A DNA stretch of 64,000 bases from Camelus dromedarius (Eukaryota), in assembly GCF_036321535.1 (NCBI RefSeq), contig NC_087437.1, positions 96,722,001 to 96,786,000 of the forward strand, given 5' to 3'. Below are positions 40,589-53,822 of the stretch, in pieces. A program made the translations under genes and the position numbers. The notes under the pieces were generated by a model, which worked only from the letters and a program-made list of their open reading frames with translations, did no database searches and was not told the origin of the DNA. Positions within the stretch are counted from its first letter, which is position 1. Each line of letters begins with the position of its first letter.

Positions 40589-41446
40589 GTAAGTACTATT
40601 TCCATTTCTAAATACCCTCAAAGAATACCTTATAGTCCATTACAAAATATTTCTTTGCATCAACACCAAGTTTATTACAGCTTTCCATAAAATCATTTTC
40701 TTATTTACATCAACATATATTGAAAAATATCCTAATTTCCACAATGTATTGATAATCTTTATATCCACTATAAAAAATTGACCATCTGCCTTCTCACAAT
40801 TAGAATTTTCAGAAATCGCAACAAATGTTTACTATGACTCCTTATTGGATCACTTCCCTCCTTGTAAAGTTTTCATTTAAAATGTTTGTAATATTGCAAT
40901 CCATAACGGACAGTGAAATTGAAACTGGTGGGGAAACTAAATACATATATGATGAGCTGCCAAAATTGTTGAATTACATAAAACTTCTTTGATGAGATTA
41001 AATAAGATTGTTTAACCCTTATTAATTTATACACTGTTTACTGCCTGTTCTGGTATTTGGCTTCAGTTTCAAAGTTGCATGGAAGCATTTACCTAGGGAT
41101 GTCATTTCTAGCATGAATAGCAAATTAAGCTATCAAAATATGCAGGAAAATCTGGAAAAGAAATTGTGTTGTTCAGTAGCAAATGTTCAGTAGCAAAGGT
41201 GAATCCTGTATTATTAAAGTGAACACTGAATTTATATGCTGATTTAATTATTTGGTATGCTTTGGTTTTCAGTCATACCATAAGGCGAAGTCAATAGTCA
41301 CTTTTCGCTCAGGTTCAACATGATGTTCACATATTTTGCAGTGTCTGATGTGAAATTCCTCTTAGCAATGGGATTTATAAAACCAAAAAAAGGTTTCGAT
41401 TTGTTTTCATGTATTAACTTTTCCAAACATTCTTCTGTATTTTCAG

Positions 41447-41517
41447 ATGAATCATTAATTCAAACAGGTTGCAAGGTGGAAAAGCTATGTGACTCAACGG
41501 AAGTTAACACAGAGCCA
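41447..41517 (+). pseudogene. Candidate 71-nt exon (D)ESLIQTGCKVEKLCDSTEVNTEP
   Basis: Acceptor ttcttctgtattttcag with upstream attaac; donor gtatga; open; phase 1->0. Confidence 0.6.
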
Positions 41518-43299
41518 GTATGAGTCCTGCTTGGGGACCTTGGTAAGGGGCAAGGGTGTTCTGTTGTATAGACAAGGTTACTAATTGTTATAAAATGTCA
41601 CCATTCATGTCACAGGTGGACTTGCTTACCAGCTATTCTGTGTAATGTTTTCAGTGGACATACTAAAAACTTAATCTTAAGATTCAATGGAAAACACCAG
41701 TCATTGTAGTGTTATTTCCATATGAGTTAGAGAAAGTTTCACACTTTCCAATATGTGATTAAAACAACCAAACTAACAAACAAAAATTATGTTAATAGAA
41801 TGTAAGCTTATGTGAAAATGCTATTCAATCTGTAAATGGTTATTTTATATTATTATAAAATAATAATGATCCAACATTATGGGATACTGGGATATAATCT
41901 CTAAAATATCATGCATATAGTCCTTGGTTCAATATAGTTTCATGTTTCACCTACCTGGATAAAGTCTGTTTTGCATGTTATCTGTCACATTGACTAATTT
42001 TATTTTAAAATGCCTTCTCCTCTTCTTCAGATTCTATGAAGTGATTCTTTAAATATTTAAGACACATTGCCAGTTTAAATTTTGTGTGAATTTCTAATTA
42101 AAACACCATAAAAAATACCATATTTTGACCCTGATAAAGGTTTAAGAGTTTAAATTCAGTGGCAGACAAGACTTACATGTCCACTTATTACCTGCTCACT
42201 TTAGGAATGTCTACTCCATAATTATTAGTCTATCATATTTCAATTCTAGTTGCATCTATATCACAGTTAAATTATACCTTGATTTGCATAATCAATATTT
42301 GTATATAACTTAAAGCATGACTGTAAAGAGAGTTTTGGAGGCATACAGCTTAGAAACATTCTCTTTTTTTTTAAAGTTAAGAAAATGGGCTTAATTTAAA
42401 ATATTCTTGAGTTGCAAAAACTATTTAGGTTTTGACAATGAGAATGATAGAATGAGTGTGGTTAAATTTAAAGAGCAGAACTTAAAAATAATATAAATTT
42501 TGTAAGACAGAGTAATGGTTTTTTTCAAGAGTAATTTGGGAAAGAAAACTTGGGGAAAATAGAGGAAACTATTTTAACATTCTTGTCACTGGTACACGAA
42601 TATCAAACTGAGACAAAATGACAAAAAGAGATGGAGTAACGGTGGTTTACATCAGTCATTCCCAACCTGGGGTCTGAGTTATAGGAGGCGTGCTGAGAAT
42701 AGTTGCATAGACCCAAGAACACACATGCACAGCAAGCACTGTGAACTGAAGAACAATTTCCGGGTGTGTGTGTGTGTATAAAACTGTTTTTCAATTATAT
42801 GTTACATAATACGATACCAATTCACATTAAAGCACGCCTGCATTCCAAGCACCTTGTTGTTACTTCCCATAAAGTACTATTACTGCAATAAATTAAAAAG
42901 GAATATTCCTACAGGGTGAGGATGGACGATTATGGAAGATGAGAAAATGAAGACACATCTCAGCTGCCTTTAGGCTGTACACTATTTTTGCTTTTTTGAA
43001 TGTTATTATTTAGCCAACTGTAACAAACCATTACCATCCCACAAAGCCCTTGAAGGGCTACCAATAGCTGGGGAAAGAGGCTAAAATCATTTCTAAGAAT
43101 AGATGGTTCCAAAGACTAAGTAAAATAAGCACATTTCAATCAATAGGTTTTGTAGGGATTTAGAAACTAAAGTTTGCAATGAAGGTCATAAAAGACAAAT
43201 GTAATATTGGAGTGGTTCCTGGGACACTACAACAGGACCTGTCAGAGAAGAAAAATAAGTAAAAATAAATTACAAAGTCTTTGAGAAACAGGAGCTCAG

Positions 43300-43480
43300 T
43301 AACCAGATCACTTGCATAACAATCCTTCCAGCTCCTCCACTTACTAGATAATTGACCTTGGGCAAGTTACTTTCCTGATGTGTAAGCCCAGGTTAAAAAC
43401 AATACCTATTTTGTGAAGATTAAGTTAGTTAATTCATGGAACTTTACAAGATTATTACAGTTTCTGGCCAGCTGTCCACC
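43300..43480 (+). mobile_element. MIR
   Basis: ccacttactag...tgaccttgggcaagttac. Confidence 0.75.
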
Positions 43481-44450
43481 AGATAATAGAATACCAAAAG
43501 AAAAAGAAAAGAAAAAAAAAGGGTTTGAAAGGCTTAAAATAAATAGTTAAAAAATCTTTGCCTCCAATTTTAATATACGTTAAGAGAGTTTATTATAGCT
43601 TTTGTCTTTTAAATATTGTTGTGAATTATTTTCTTTCAAATAATTAAGATTAGATAAAATTTTCCTTTTGCTTATATGAATGTTAAAAGGCTAAGCTATG
43701 TAAGAAAGACTCTTCTAGAAATGAAAATAGTGCAATTTGTTAACAGAATCATCAAAATGAAAGAGAAAAAAAGTATTATGGAATGTTACTTGTCTGTTAT
43801 CTGATCAAGAGAGCCTTAAAATTTCTTATATTGCTAAAACTCATCTTAAATTCATAGGATAACTTTGGCATGTTCTTTCTCCTTGAGTTTATTCATACCC
43901 TCCTGACCCCAGTCTACTCAGAACCCCAGCTTATCAAATACAGTGAAAGCTCCTTTACAAGATGATATTGTCTATTGCACTTGGAGCTGGACTGGGAGAC
44001 CTTTGGGTTGGGGTCGAGGAGGGGAAAATGTCTAATTCATTTTTTATTATCTCACTCTTTTCATTCCTAGCACAAGAGCTCATACATAGTCCAAACTTAG
44101 TAAGTGATCACTATTGCATTGAAATTTGAGATCTAATGTTCAGAAAAAGTCATGCAAAGCCTCTTGTTGTGTCTGTAGTTAATAGATAAAGATTTGTGGC
44201 ATGTTGAAATATAGTGTCCATCATACATGAAGGCAATATTATTGATAAAGTGTAAGATATGGTCATTTTTTTCCCTTTACAGTAGAGGTTGTGGCTTTGG
44301 GCTGTACATTAATCATTACATTTAATAATAATGTGACTATTATAATTATTACTTCTGCGGTATTGTTATTAATATAATGTTACATATACTGACTTGAGTT
44401 TTAATGACTTCTTTTTTTAATTTTCATTTTTAATGCTTTTCCTTTCTCAG

Positions 44451-44495
44451 GCTGAGATGCTAGGCAAAAATTTTATAGATAATCACCTGAAGCAG
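44451..44495 (+). pseudogene. Candidate 45-nt exon AEMLGKNFIDNHLKQ
   Basis: Strong acceptor gcttttcctttctcag; CAG|gtagta donor; open; phase 0->0. Confidence 0.55.
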
Positions 44496-45331
44496 GTAGT
44501 AGACTAAGTAATAATTTTCAGTGGAGTACTGAAGCATGTTGCCCATTGAGTTGATAGGACTTGGCCTAAGATTTTGCCACAAGGCCTAGGCAGAATTTAG
44601 TATAAATGGGAAAATAAAGGGGGAACGGAAGCCCAAACTTGAGATAGATGAACTTCAGGCTTCAACACAGCTGAACTTGGGCCTCAGCTTATCTTCTGGA
44701 AGATGAGACAAATAAACTCTCTTTACAGAGGCCCCTCAGGTCCGCAGGCCAAGGTTACATTAGCTGAATATTTGTTCTATAATTTGTGAAATACAAACAC
44801 AGTTTCTATGTTAAACAACTAAATAGCTCTTAATAAAACTTGAAGTATAAGAAACAGTAAAAAAATAAAAACCAGAACAATGAATTTCCTTAGCAGTTGA
44901 TAATGTTTTTTTGCTGTCAGTCATCATTAATGTAAGAAAATATCACTTATAGTTATGCCCATAATATACATGCCTATATGCACATATGTTCATGAATGTG
45001 TACAAAGAGCTTCAGTCATGCTTCTTATTGATCATAAAATATAATTAACACTTTTTCATATTAAAAAACAAACTTAGGATCAGCAACAACTAACAAATCA
45101 GAGTACTTTCCAGATTATTGAGATCTTTTTAAAAAAAAAATGTCTTTTTCAACAACCAATTTCCACAAAGGAAATCAATATGGATAAAGATTTTTCTTGT
45201 ATGGCAGGTAGTGAACTGTGGTTCATTCCCAAACACAAAGGACTTTGGAGGAATGGGACCCAACCAAGCAAGTGAGATTTCTGTGGAGGCTCTGGAAAGC
45301 TATCAAGTTCTTTTTTTTTTTTTTCTTTCAG

Positions 45332-45339
45332 TTTATTGG
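45332..45339 (+). pseudogene. Candidate 8-nt microexon TTTATTGG
   Basis: Poly-T tract plus ctttcag, then gtaaga; phase 0->2. Confidence 0.35.
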
Positions 45340-46469
45340 GTAAGAAAGACAGTTCTTTCAGCAATTTCCTTTAAATAATTTGTTGATGTGTTAGCCATGA
45401 TTCTCATGGGACTTTTGAACAGAAGTTGGATAGGACAGAAATACAGTCCCTAGGAAGGTTATTTGGGAAAGTTAAGTATCAGATGCTCAACAGTGAAGTT
45501 GTCAGAGCTCACATGTAGATATGATCAAAAAAGTTCAATAAGTTAATTCTTAGAATGGTTAATCAGCCTCCTGGTTGATTGCCAGGTTAGGGCCTGCTCC
45601 TCTCTGCACCATCTGCCACATGGGTTCCTTTGTCACTGAGAGTCTAATGCACAACCATTTGTTGAGTTGAAACAAGTTAATAAGTTTTTTTAACAGAATC
45701 TGGCATCTCCTAGTTTTGCTCAATAATTTGTCTCCAAAGTAGAGCTCTTTTCAACTATAAACCACATGCTAAAGTGTCAATATAATGGTTTTCATTTATG
45801 CTCTCTATTACGTGTCTATCAATCTAAAGCAAATAACACATATGTGAAGAAACACTCTTTTGGCAACTAAAGACAAATTGATATATTCAGCGTGTGGTCT
45901 TTTAATTTTTCTCATTATTAATAGGAAAAATGGAGATGCTTATTCCTGCCAAATATACATGTTTGCCCTTCATGTTTTAAAGCATCACCTAACATATAAA
46001 ATATAACTGATGCTAATTCAACTGTGCCCAGTTATTTAATTCATATTTGAGAGATGACCTCACTCCATCATCAAATCAGGACGAGAAGTACCCTTTTATT
46101 GAGTTCATATAGGTGTTAGTCAATTTATTCTTTTACAAACTTAATATATTTAGATACAAATTCTGGAATATTTAGTACATTTTTTTTATAGAATGATTTT
46201 TAATCCTATTACAATCGCCCTATATTAATGGAAGCAACACATCCATGCCAGTTATAGTTTGAGAGGTGGGAATATTCAAGAGAAAATAGTGGTCAATTAA
46301 TCATAGAAGATTAAATTTGGAATAACATAGGGCTTTTGCCTGTGTTTAAAATGCATAAACAGTATTTTCTTCAAATGCAATTTTTCTTGAGTAGTTTATT
46401 AGTGTAAGTAACTATATACAAATAAGTGAATATACATTAATTTGTATATGGATGTCAAAGGCAGAATTT

Positions 46470-46700
46470 CATAGTGAAATGGGAAAAGTGTAGACTGAGA
46501 ATAAGACAGATGAGAACTTGAATTCTGGGTCACAAATTAAATATGAAATGTCAGCCAAAGGTTCTTAATTCTTTTCTGACTCACTTTTTTTTGTTCATAA
46601 AATGGAAATAGCAATAACATACATTTCATAAACTTGCTATGAAAAGTAATGATGTGATTTATGTGACATTATGTGGCTAATGGAAGAGACTCAATAAAAA
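46470..46700 (+). mobile_element. MIR (degenerate)
   Basis: ttctgactcac...taaaatggaaatagcaata...actcaataaa. Confidence 0.55.
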
Positions 46701-47511
46701 TAATTAAATCTAAAGAAACAAACGTAAGAAGTGTTAATATTCTTCTTTAGATTAATTTCTACTTTAGAAATTATGTAGTCCTAATTACTCATTGACACTT
46801 GTGTATTTTAGTGACATCCTGGTGTTGGTTTATTAAACATTCTAACTGAGCCATTTAAAACACGAGTAAATTCACTACACTGATTCATTGCTTGAGCCAG
46901 CATCAGTCCTCATGCATTCTAACCAGTTTTGTTTCCTGGAAAGACTCTTCTGTCGCTTTCCATTTAGCCCTTTTCCAGCTTGTAGATTTAAGCTGGTGAA
47001 AATGGAAGCCGACCAAATACTTGTCACCTAGCCAGGCCACAAGGCTCACTTGTATGAAGACATTAGTTTTTCATCATGTTTAGTAGGGTACTTCTCATCC
47101 TGATTTGATGAAGGAGTGAGGTCATCTCTCAAATATGAATTAAATAACTGAATTCTGGCTAAAATTATCTCCCGGTAATTTTCTTTCTTTAAATGATATA
47201 TTACATTTCTTTTTAAAGAATAAGTTGCGGTCATACAGTGGCATTTTCTTAAAATCTCCTTTCCCGAAAGTAAAGGAAATGGTAGAGTTAGGCCTTTGAG
47301 AAAGTGATTAATCCTCTGACCACAGAGAAGTAAAATGACAACGTAGATAAATACCTCCCCTTTTAACACAAGATTCAAGTGACTGTGGCCAGTCACAGCA
47401 GAAATCGTAATGAGGGGTCTGTGGAGAATGGTTCTTCAGAACAAACCAGCAAAGCATTGGTGGGAATGTAAGAAAATGATAGTGGTCCCAGAGGAATTTC
47501 CTTTCTTCTAG

Positions 47512-47589
47512 GCTTATACTTTGAAGCTTTGAATCCTGAACTTTTGAACTATGTTGGCTTTATCTTGTCCCTTTGGAGAGATTTGCAAG
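47512..47589 (+). pseudogene. Candidate 78-nt exon, frame uncertain
   Basis: tttcctttcttctag acceptor, AAG|gtactc donor. Phase 2 reads LIL*SFES*TFELCWLYLVPLERFA and fits neighbours; phase 1 is stop-free (LYFEALNPELLNYVGFILSLWRDLQ). Confidence 0.45.
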
Positions 47590-48392
47590 GTACTCTTATA
47601 ACATTTGCTATAATTATATTCTTAAAAATTAATGATACAACAATTGTCAAGGAAAAATCGTCTGCTTCAAAAAATTCTAAAACTAGCAAACACACAGGCA
47701 CACAGACACACAAAGCCCTTCTGATATGATTGGTTCTACCACAGCTTAAGAAATAACAGTCCTCTTTGTTACATATCTCCAAAGCCCCCAATAATTTATA
47801 ATAAAGCTTGCAAGTCATTATCAGAGGCTGAAATGCTCTCTTTATAACTAGGAAGAAGACACAAAGGGAAAGCTAAAAGGGTAGAAATCAAGAGAGAAAC
47901 CCAGCATGTGTCCAGACGAGGATATACAATTGAGGCTGAATATATTCTTCAAAAGAATTATTTTCAACAAATCTCCTCTCAGTTTGATATATGATTCAGC
48001 AAATGTACTACTGTCTTGGGTTTTGTGGCTCTTTGGTTCTTAGAGAGAGAGTACATCAGACTCTCTAAAATAATGAAATTAGGTTATTGGAACAATTTAC
48101 TGGAGCTTAGAGAGTCTCTTGCAACAAAGATCAGTCTCTCAAAGACTCTATGTGTGCTTTGCAGTCCAGTTCAATTCCTGGTGTAGTATAATGAGAGAAG
48201 CCACAGTCAGACAAAAGAGGTCTGGTATTTCAGTTAGTCATTAAATATTAAAGCTTCATTATTAGCCATAAGGAATACTTTAATATTATTCTATATTAAC
48301 ATGTTTATATATTGATTCTAAAATCTGCAAAAGGTAAGGTTAAATTTCCTAGCCACTTTACTGAATTCTGCTCTTTTCACTTATTTTCATAG

Positions 48393-48477
48393 CTCATTGA
48401 ACCAGTTGATAATCCCACCTTACAAACAATTAACGGAAATGACTTTCACTCGCTTCAAGTCTTTATTTAATAAATGT
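48393..48477 (+). pseudogene. Candidate 85-nt exon SLNQLIIPPYKQLTEMTFTRFKSLFNKC
   Basis: ctcttttcacttattttcatag acceptor, gtaagt donor; open in phase 2->0. Confidence 0.55.
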
Positions 48478-49624
48478 GTAAGTCTCCAAGTGTAGTAACA
48501 CATTACATAGATTAAAACATAAATTAATGAAAAGCTGTCCATGCCGAGTAGAATAAAACTGAAACTGATTACACAGTTACGCAGCTGTCACTAAATTAAC
48601 TTTTAAAAATGATTAAATGGAAAATATCAACTCTTGAAAAATGTAAAACACTGAAACATTCTAAAATATAAACCTTGCTGTAAAAAGAATAACCTACATA
48701 ACAGCAGAGAATGTCACACATTTAGTTGGCAGTATCCATCAATCATTGATGAAATTACAATATTTATGATGGTTTTCTGGCAAACAACACAAACCTGATG
48801 AAAACTTGCATATAATAGTATACCATCCTCAATTTTAAAAACTAAAATATTCCAGATTTAACCTTCACTAGAAGCTAGTAGAACAAGGAAGAACAAATTT
48901 TAAGACACTTCAAGGAAACATACAAAAACTTTGAATCATTGCCCTAATTATTGACATTTAACTAGAATATCAGTTATTTTCTTACTCAAATTTTATGTAT
49001 ACATATATATGATTCACAGTAATATGAGAAACAGTAACTTAGTTATTAGTTTGATGAGTGTTATATTTGTGTAAATTCCCTAAAAGGAGATGTTGACTAG
49101 ACCATTGTGAGAGTTCCATAATGTGCTAACATATGTTAAAAATACGTCATTCATATATGTTTAAGTTAAATTAAAAACTTGTAGATGGTAATAGGAACAC
49201 ATAGTTACACTTAGTTACATGTTAGAAATTTCATAAATATAAGACATCTATAAGACCAATCTACAGAAATACTATGCCTCACATATATTTTAGAGAGATT
49301 GACCTTAAATCGATTTGCCATGGATAGGTTCTCTCTCAATCATTACTGGATAATTAGAACTATTTAAAAAATTATACGTAATGTTTGAGTGTAAGGAGAA
49401 ATTTTTTAGATAGGCAAGTCCTTCTAATTCTCCAAATATTGGGAAAAATACAAACATAAACAAGCAAACAAACACAAACCACACAATATGAAACCCTTCC
49501 AAGTCAAGACATGGAAGAATCTTGGCCACATCTCTAACACCACCAACAATATAAGACTCTTGAAATTCATCCCTTGTTGTTAAACTATTGGTGTCTAAAA
49601 TGGAAATAAGCAATCTTAATAAGA

Positions 49625-49677
49625 GGAAAAAAATGCACTGTGGAAAAAAATGCATTGTGGAAAAAAATGTACATTGT
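49625..49677. repeat. 17-bp tandem repeat x3 (GGAAAAAAATGCAYTGT)
   Basis: Seen directly; third copy has a small insertion. Confidence 0.9.
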
Positions 49678-49719
49678 AGAGTTAGCCCACAATGTTTTTT
49701 TGGATTTTGTTAATGTACT

Positions 49720-50930
49720 AAGTGTGTATCTGTAATTCTGAATGTGTTGCTTTATCTTTGCATCCATCAGTATCTACATCTGTAAAATGGGCATAAAAGT
49801 AGTTACCTGACAAATTTGATATGCAGATTAGGGGGGTTGTATACAAATCTGGGCTATGAAGATGCTTAGGAAATGGTAGATTCAGTGTAACACATTTTCT
49901 CTGCTTGCTATATATGTGAATGTTGGCTGATGTTGGGGGAATCCTGAACTTAATGCAAAGCCTTACTATCAAGGTGTCTCAAGCAAAATTGTGATTTGTA
50001 GATGAAATATTACCTCCTCTTTTTGTACCCATGGTAAATATACCCAAAATTCTTTGAATGCTTACTGTGTACAAGATATTTTATCTCATTTAATCCTCAC
50101 AAGAGTCCCAAGGTATAGGCATGGATTGAAGGGAGGTGAAAGGACTAGCTTGAAATTGCATAGCTGGCAAGTGAAAATTTGGGATTTGAACCCAAACATT
50201 CTAATAGTGGTGATTAAGCTCTTACATATTAAATCATAACCCTTTTCATGTCTTATCCTTCCATTCTTCAGTTATGCATTTGCTCATATTCTCTCTTTTC
50301 TGCATCCTTATTCTTAAGACTCCAACATCAGACAGAGAAAGAGGCATTATAGTAGAAAGATTTAAAGCATACTTGGTCTCAAGCTTTGGCTCTGCCATTT
50401 ACTAGCTTATGACCTTGGGAAATTATACTTAACTACAATGACTCAGTTTCTCATTATAAATGGGGAAAAAATAAAATAACACAGGTAAAACTCTGAGCAC
50501 AGTGCCTGGATCATGTTAGAGGCTCAATGAATATTATATATGTATCATTTATAGCTTTGTGTGAATAAACCATGAGTGTCTGCATTTTAAGTCATCTTCA
50601 TGAGTCAAGTAAAATATTTGCCTAGTTAAATAAATGTAAAAAAGGGCAAGTAGGAAAAAAATGATAGATATGGATAGTCCTTCATCAGTGCCCACAAAAG
50701 AATAATGATTAATATTAAAATAATAATGGTATAGCAACTACCTTTTGAATAATTACATTGTGGAAATTTCTTTAAAGACATCTCTAATTCTTATAACAAC
50801 AAAGCATTATTTTTCATCTTTTATAGATGTGAAAGAGCAAATGCAAAGAATTTGACTTCTTGCCTAAGGTTACACAGCTGTTAAGTGTCAAAGCAAGGAT
50901 TTGGATTCTGAAGCTGCTCCAAATTTTCTC
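49720..50930. mobile_element. Cluster of about four MIR fragments in both orientations
   Basis: catctgtaaaatggg (~49780,+); gggatttgaaccca (~50180,-); tgaccttggga...ctcagtttc (~50410,+); cttgcctaaggttacacagct (~50860,-). Confidence 0.75.
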
Positions 50931-53791
50931 CCCATAAACGTATAGGTACACTGAATTTCCCTTTGGTAAGGAGCTGGCTCTGTGGTATAGCTGTGCGCAA
51001 TAGCTGAGGAATAAGAGCTGGAATATTTGCAGATGTCTATGGAATCAATACAAACAAGGACAGACTGGAAGGCTGAGGCAACTGATCTCCCAGGCATAGC
51101 TTAGAGGCACATTTTGCCCTATTTGAATACGAGAGGTCAGCTTGCTAGAGCATGAGTCATCTCCTAACAGGCAGTGATATTCAGGTTGTCTAGATTTGCC
51201 TGGCAGAGAGTCTGAGGGACATCTCCACTACAACTCAGAAGATGGGTGCCCAGCCCAATAAGCAGGAGATTCTCCTCTCCATTCCTGGTCCACCATCCTC
51301 AATCAAACTTACTCTTAGCTTTTGTCTTTTCTGATCCAGTGATGGTGTTTACTTCTTACTCTTGTATCCACTTGCTTATGTGACACACATGTTATGCATA
51401 GGGTAGGAGCTCTTTGGGAAATACCAAAAGAAAGGATCTTAAGGTCCATTTGAGGAATGAAAGATATTTAGATGTGATATCTTAATAATAATTAATTACA
51501 AATGGTCTGTGGAGATGTTTTTCAGTCATTAAAGAGGTAAGCTAGTAACTAGTTGCTTTCTAAGTTATTATAACCTATAATTCATAAACAATAATAAGTC
51601 TGGACCATTTGCTGCCCATGAGTTTAGGTCATATCTAGTGTGTTACTTACTATAGCACCTAAAAAAACCCAAACACATGGAAATACTAAAACCTGCGCTA
51701 TTATACAGCATAGAAAGCACACTATCATTGCAGAGGAAATTTAACAGAATCTGAGAGAGAGAATGGTCTATACCAGTTATATAGTCAAACCTGATTATTT
51801 CACTTAGAAGACAACTAAGGCAATGAAGATGATATATTTGGAGTATACTAAGAGCTGGATGAAATTCAAAAAGTCATCAAATAATTTATCAATCATTTAA
51901 ACCTTAACGTGAATTTAAAACCAATGTGCTGCCAATCCCAGTACTACCTTTTTTTTTTTCTCCTTAATGACCACATGTATGAGAAGCAATCCTGGATTCC
52001 CAAAATTTCCAAAGAATAGTCACAATTTTCCACAATGTCATATTTCACTGTTTAACTTGTTCCTCTATGTGGGAAATTCTCTAATCTGATATTTACCCTG
52101 CAAGTTGAAGGCTAACCCATATTTTCTTGTCCTGTTCTTTTTACTGAGTGAAATAACTGGTCCTTTGTCTGTATTATAATTAGTCTTCAGTTCATTTGGC
52201 CTTGGAAGCAGGGAGAGAATAAAATGAATATGACAGAATTTGAAAACCATTCTGACTTTTTGTTTCTTTGGCTGTTCTTCATATAAATTAAAATTAAAAT
52301 AATAAAATTTTAATTTTCCAGTTTTAAATTATATATATCCCCTTATAGTTTCTGGAGTACTTTGATAATTCAGGGTTTTTTGATTTACAGGTTTTTTTCC
52401 TCTAGTTAACTTGGAAGAACAAATATGAACAAAAGAAAAGTTATTTGGGCAATTTTATTGTTGCATATTACTATATAATCTACTGCTTATTGTTTACAAA
52501 AGTTTAAGTAGTACTAATACGGGAATAGAGGTTAAAATTTCAATGATCAAATTTCCAAATTCTCTATGAGATATCTGATAGAAACCGGTCTAGAGAAGAA
52601 CTTTGTATTCCATAGAACTTTTCTCCTCTAGAATCACTATATGCAGTCAGAGCTTCATCAACGCTAAGTTCCTTTTGTGATAAAAGATAAACTTTAATCA
52701 TGTGCACATTTGTGCTTGTATGGGCCTTCTGAAATTTTTATTTAAAATTATTTCTGCATTTACTTTATACAAGAACTCTAAAATGGTTAGCTGAAAGTAT
52801 GAAATTGATTAAACCAAATATTTTGAAGATGAAATATGTAAACTAAGATAACTGATTTAAATAACTGTGTTCATCTATATGTTCTTTACATGTTTTATGA
52901 TCCTATTACTGAGAATATAGTTTTCAGGGTTAGTTTCAAATAAATTGCATTATAGGGGCCAGAACCCTTTGTTTTGACCCCAATATACAGATATTAATGT
53001 GAATATGCTTTGTTAATTTGTAAGTTGATAGCTGATAGGTTTAGATAGGGATCTCTAGATCCAGGCATCAAAAATTTTCTGTCAGGCATGGCTGAAAAAA
53101 ATGAAAAATTGTGATATGGGTACCTTTTCAGTTATCGTACATTTGGATTTATTTTACATTTCCCTTCAAGTTCCTAAGAAAATATAAACTAGTTGTTTTT
53201 CTCTGTGACACTTTGACTTATAAAATACAAATGTTTAGGACTATCCATGAAAATTCTGATTCAGTAGGGTTTGTGTCTTTTAAGAAGCTTCAGAGCAGAT
53301 TTTGCTGATTCACCAGGGTTAAAACCCAGAATCCTAAAGAAAACATCTGCCTAAAATGGGCCCCAACATTAACCCAAATTAAAATTTCACTAAATGTTCT
53401 TAGATTTGTTCATATGCAATATGCCATTGTATGTTCAAATTGCTATTTTAGAGAAACTAAGATAAAAACTGATTGCTTGACATGTGACACATTTTTATCA
53501 TGTAGGAGGAGTTTTGATTTTAATAATATGAAACAAAAAGTTTACCATGTTGTTTTCTTAGTTATCTTCTCTTACTCCCAGTATTATGATATTATTTTAT
53601 ATTTTTACAGTGTAAAAAGTGCTACAGTTCTTTTTAGGTTTTAAAAGATCATTATAGTAAAGTACTTAAGTGGATTTCTTAAATTATGGAATTCTGTGAC
53701 AACATATAAACCACAAAGTTTGTATCACCTTTACACCTTAGAGAGCTGTTCACACATTCTTAATTTACAGGAACTTCATTTTATTTCACAG

Positions 53792-53822
53792 GAACTTTAT
53801 TTAAGGTTGACTTCAGTTAGGT
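53792..53822 (+). pseudogene. Candidate 31-nt exon ELYLRLTSVR
   Basis: ttttatttcacag acceptor, gtgagg donor; phase 0->1. Confidence 0.45.

Noticed and set aside
47046..47396. Minus-strand 116-aa ORF ending at a gtgagc donor-like site (KENYREIILARIQLFNSYLRDD...)
   Set aside because: Weak acceptor, no other minus-strand exons found to pair with it, and no recognisable homology; likely chance, though a BLAST would settle it.
6958..47589. Multi-selenocysteine protein as the primary explanation of the TGA codons
   Set aside because: No Sec-type motifs, Arg fits the contexts, a donor is also broken, and no SECIS was identified; CpG decay is far more parsimonious.
51340..52663. Further exon-like segments (~51340-51402, 51526-51536, ~52632-52663)
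   Set aside because: Frames ambiguous and not needed for phase continuity; cannot be told from chance splice motifs.
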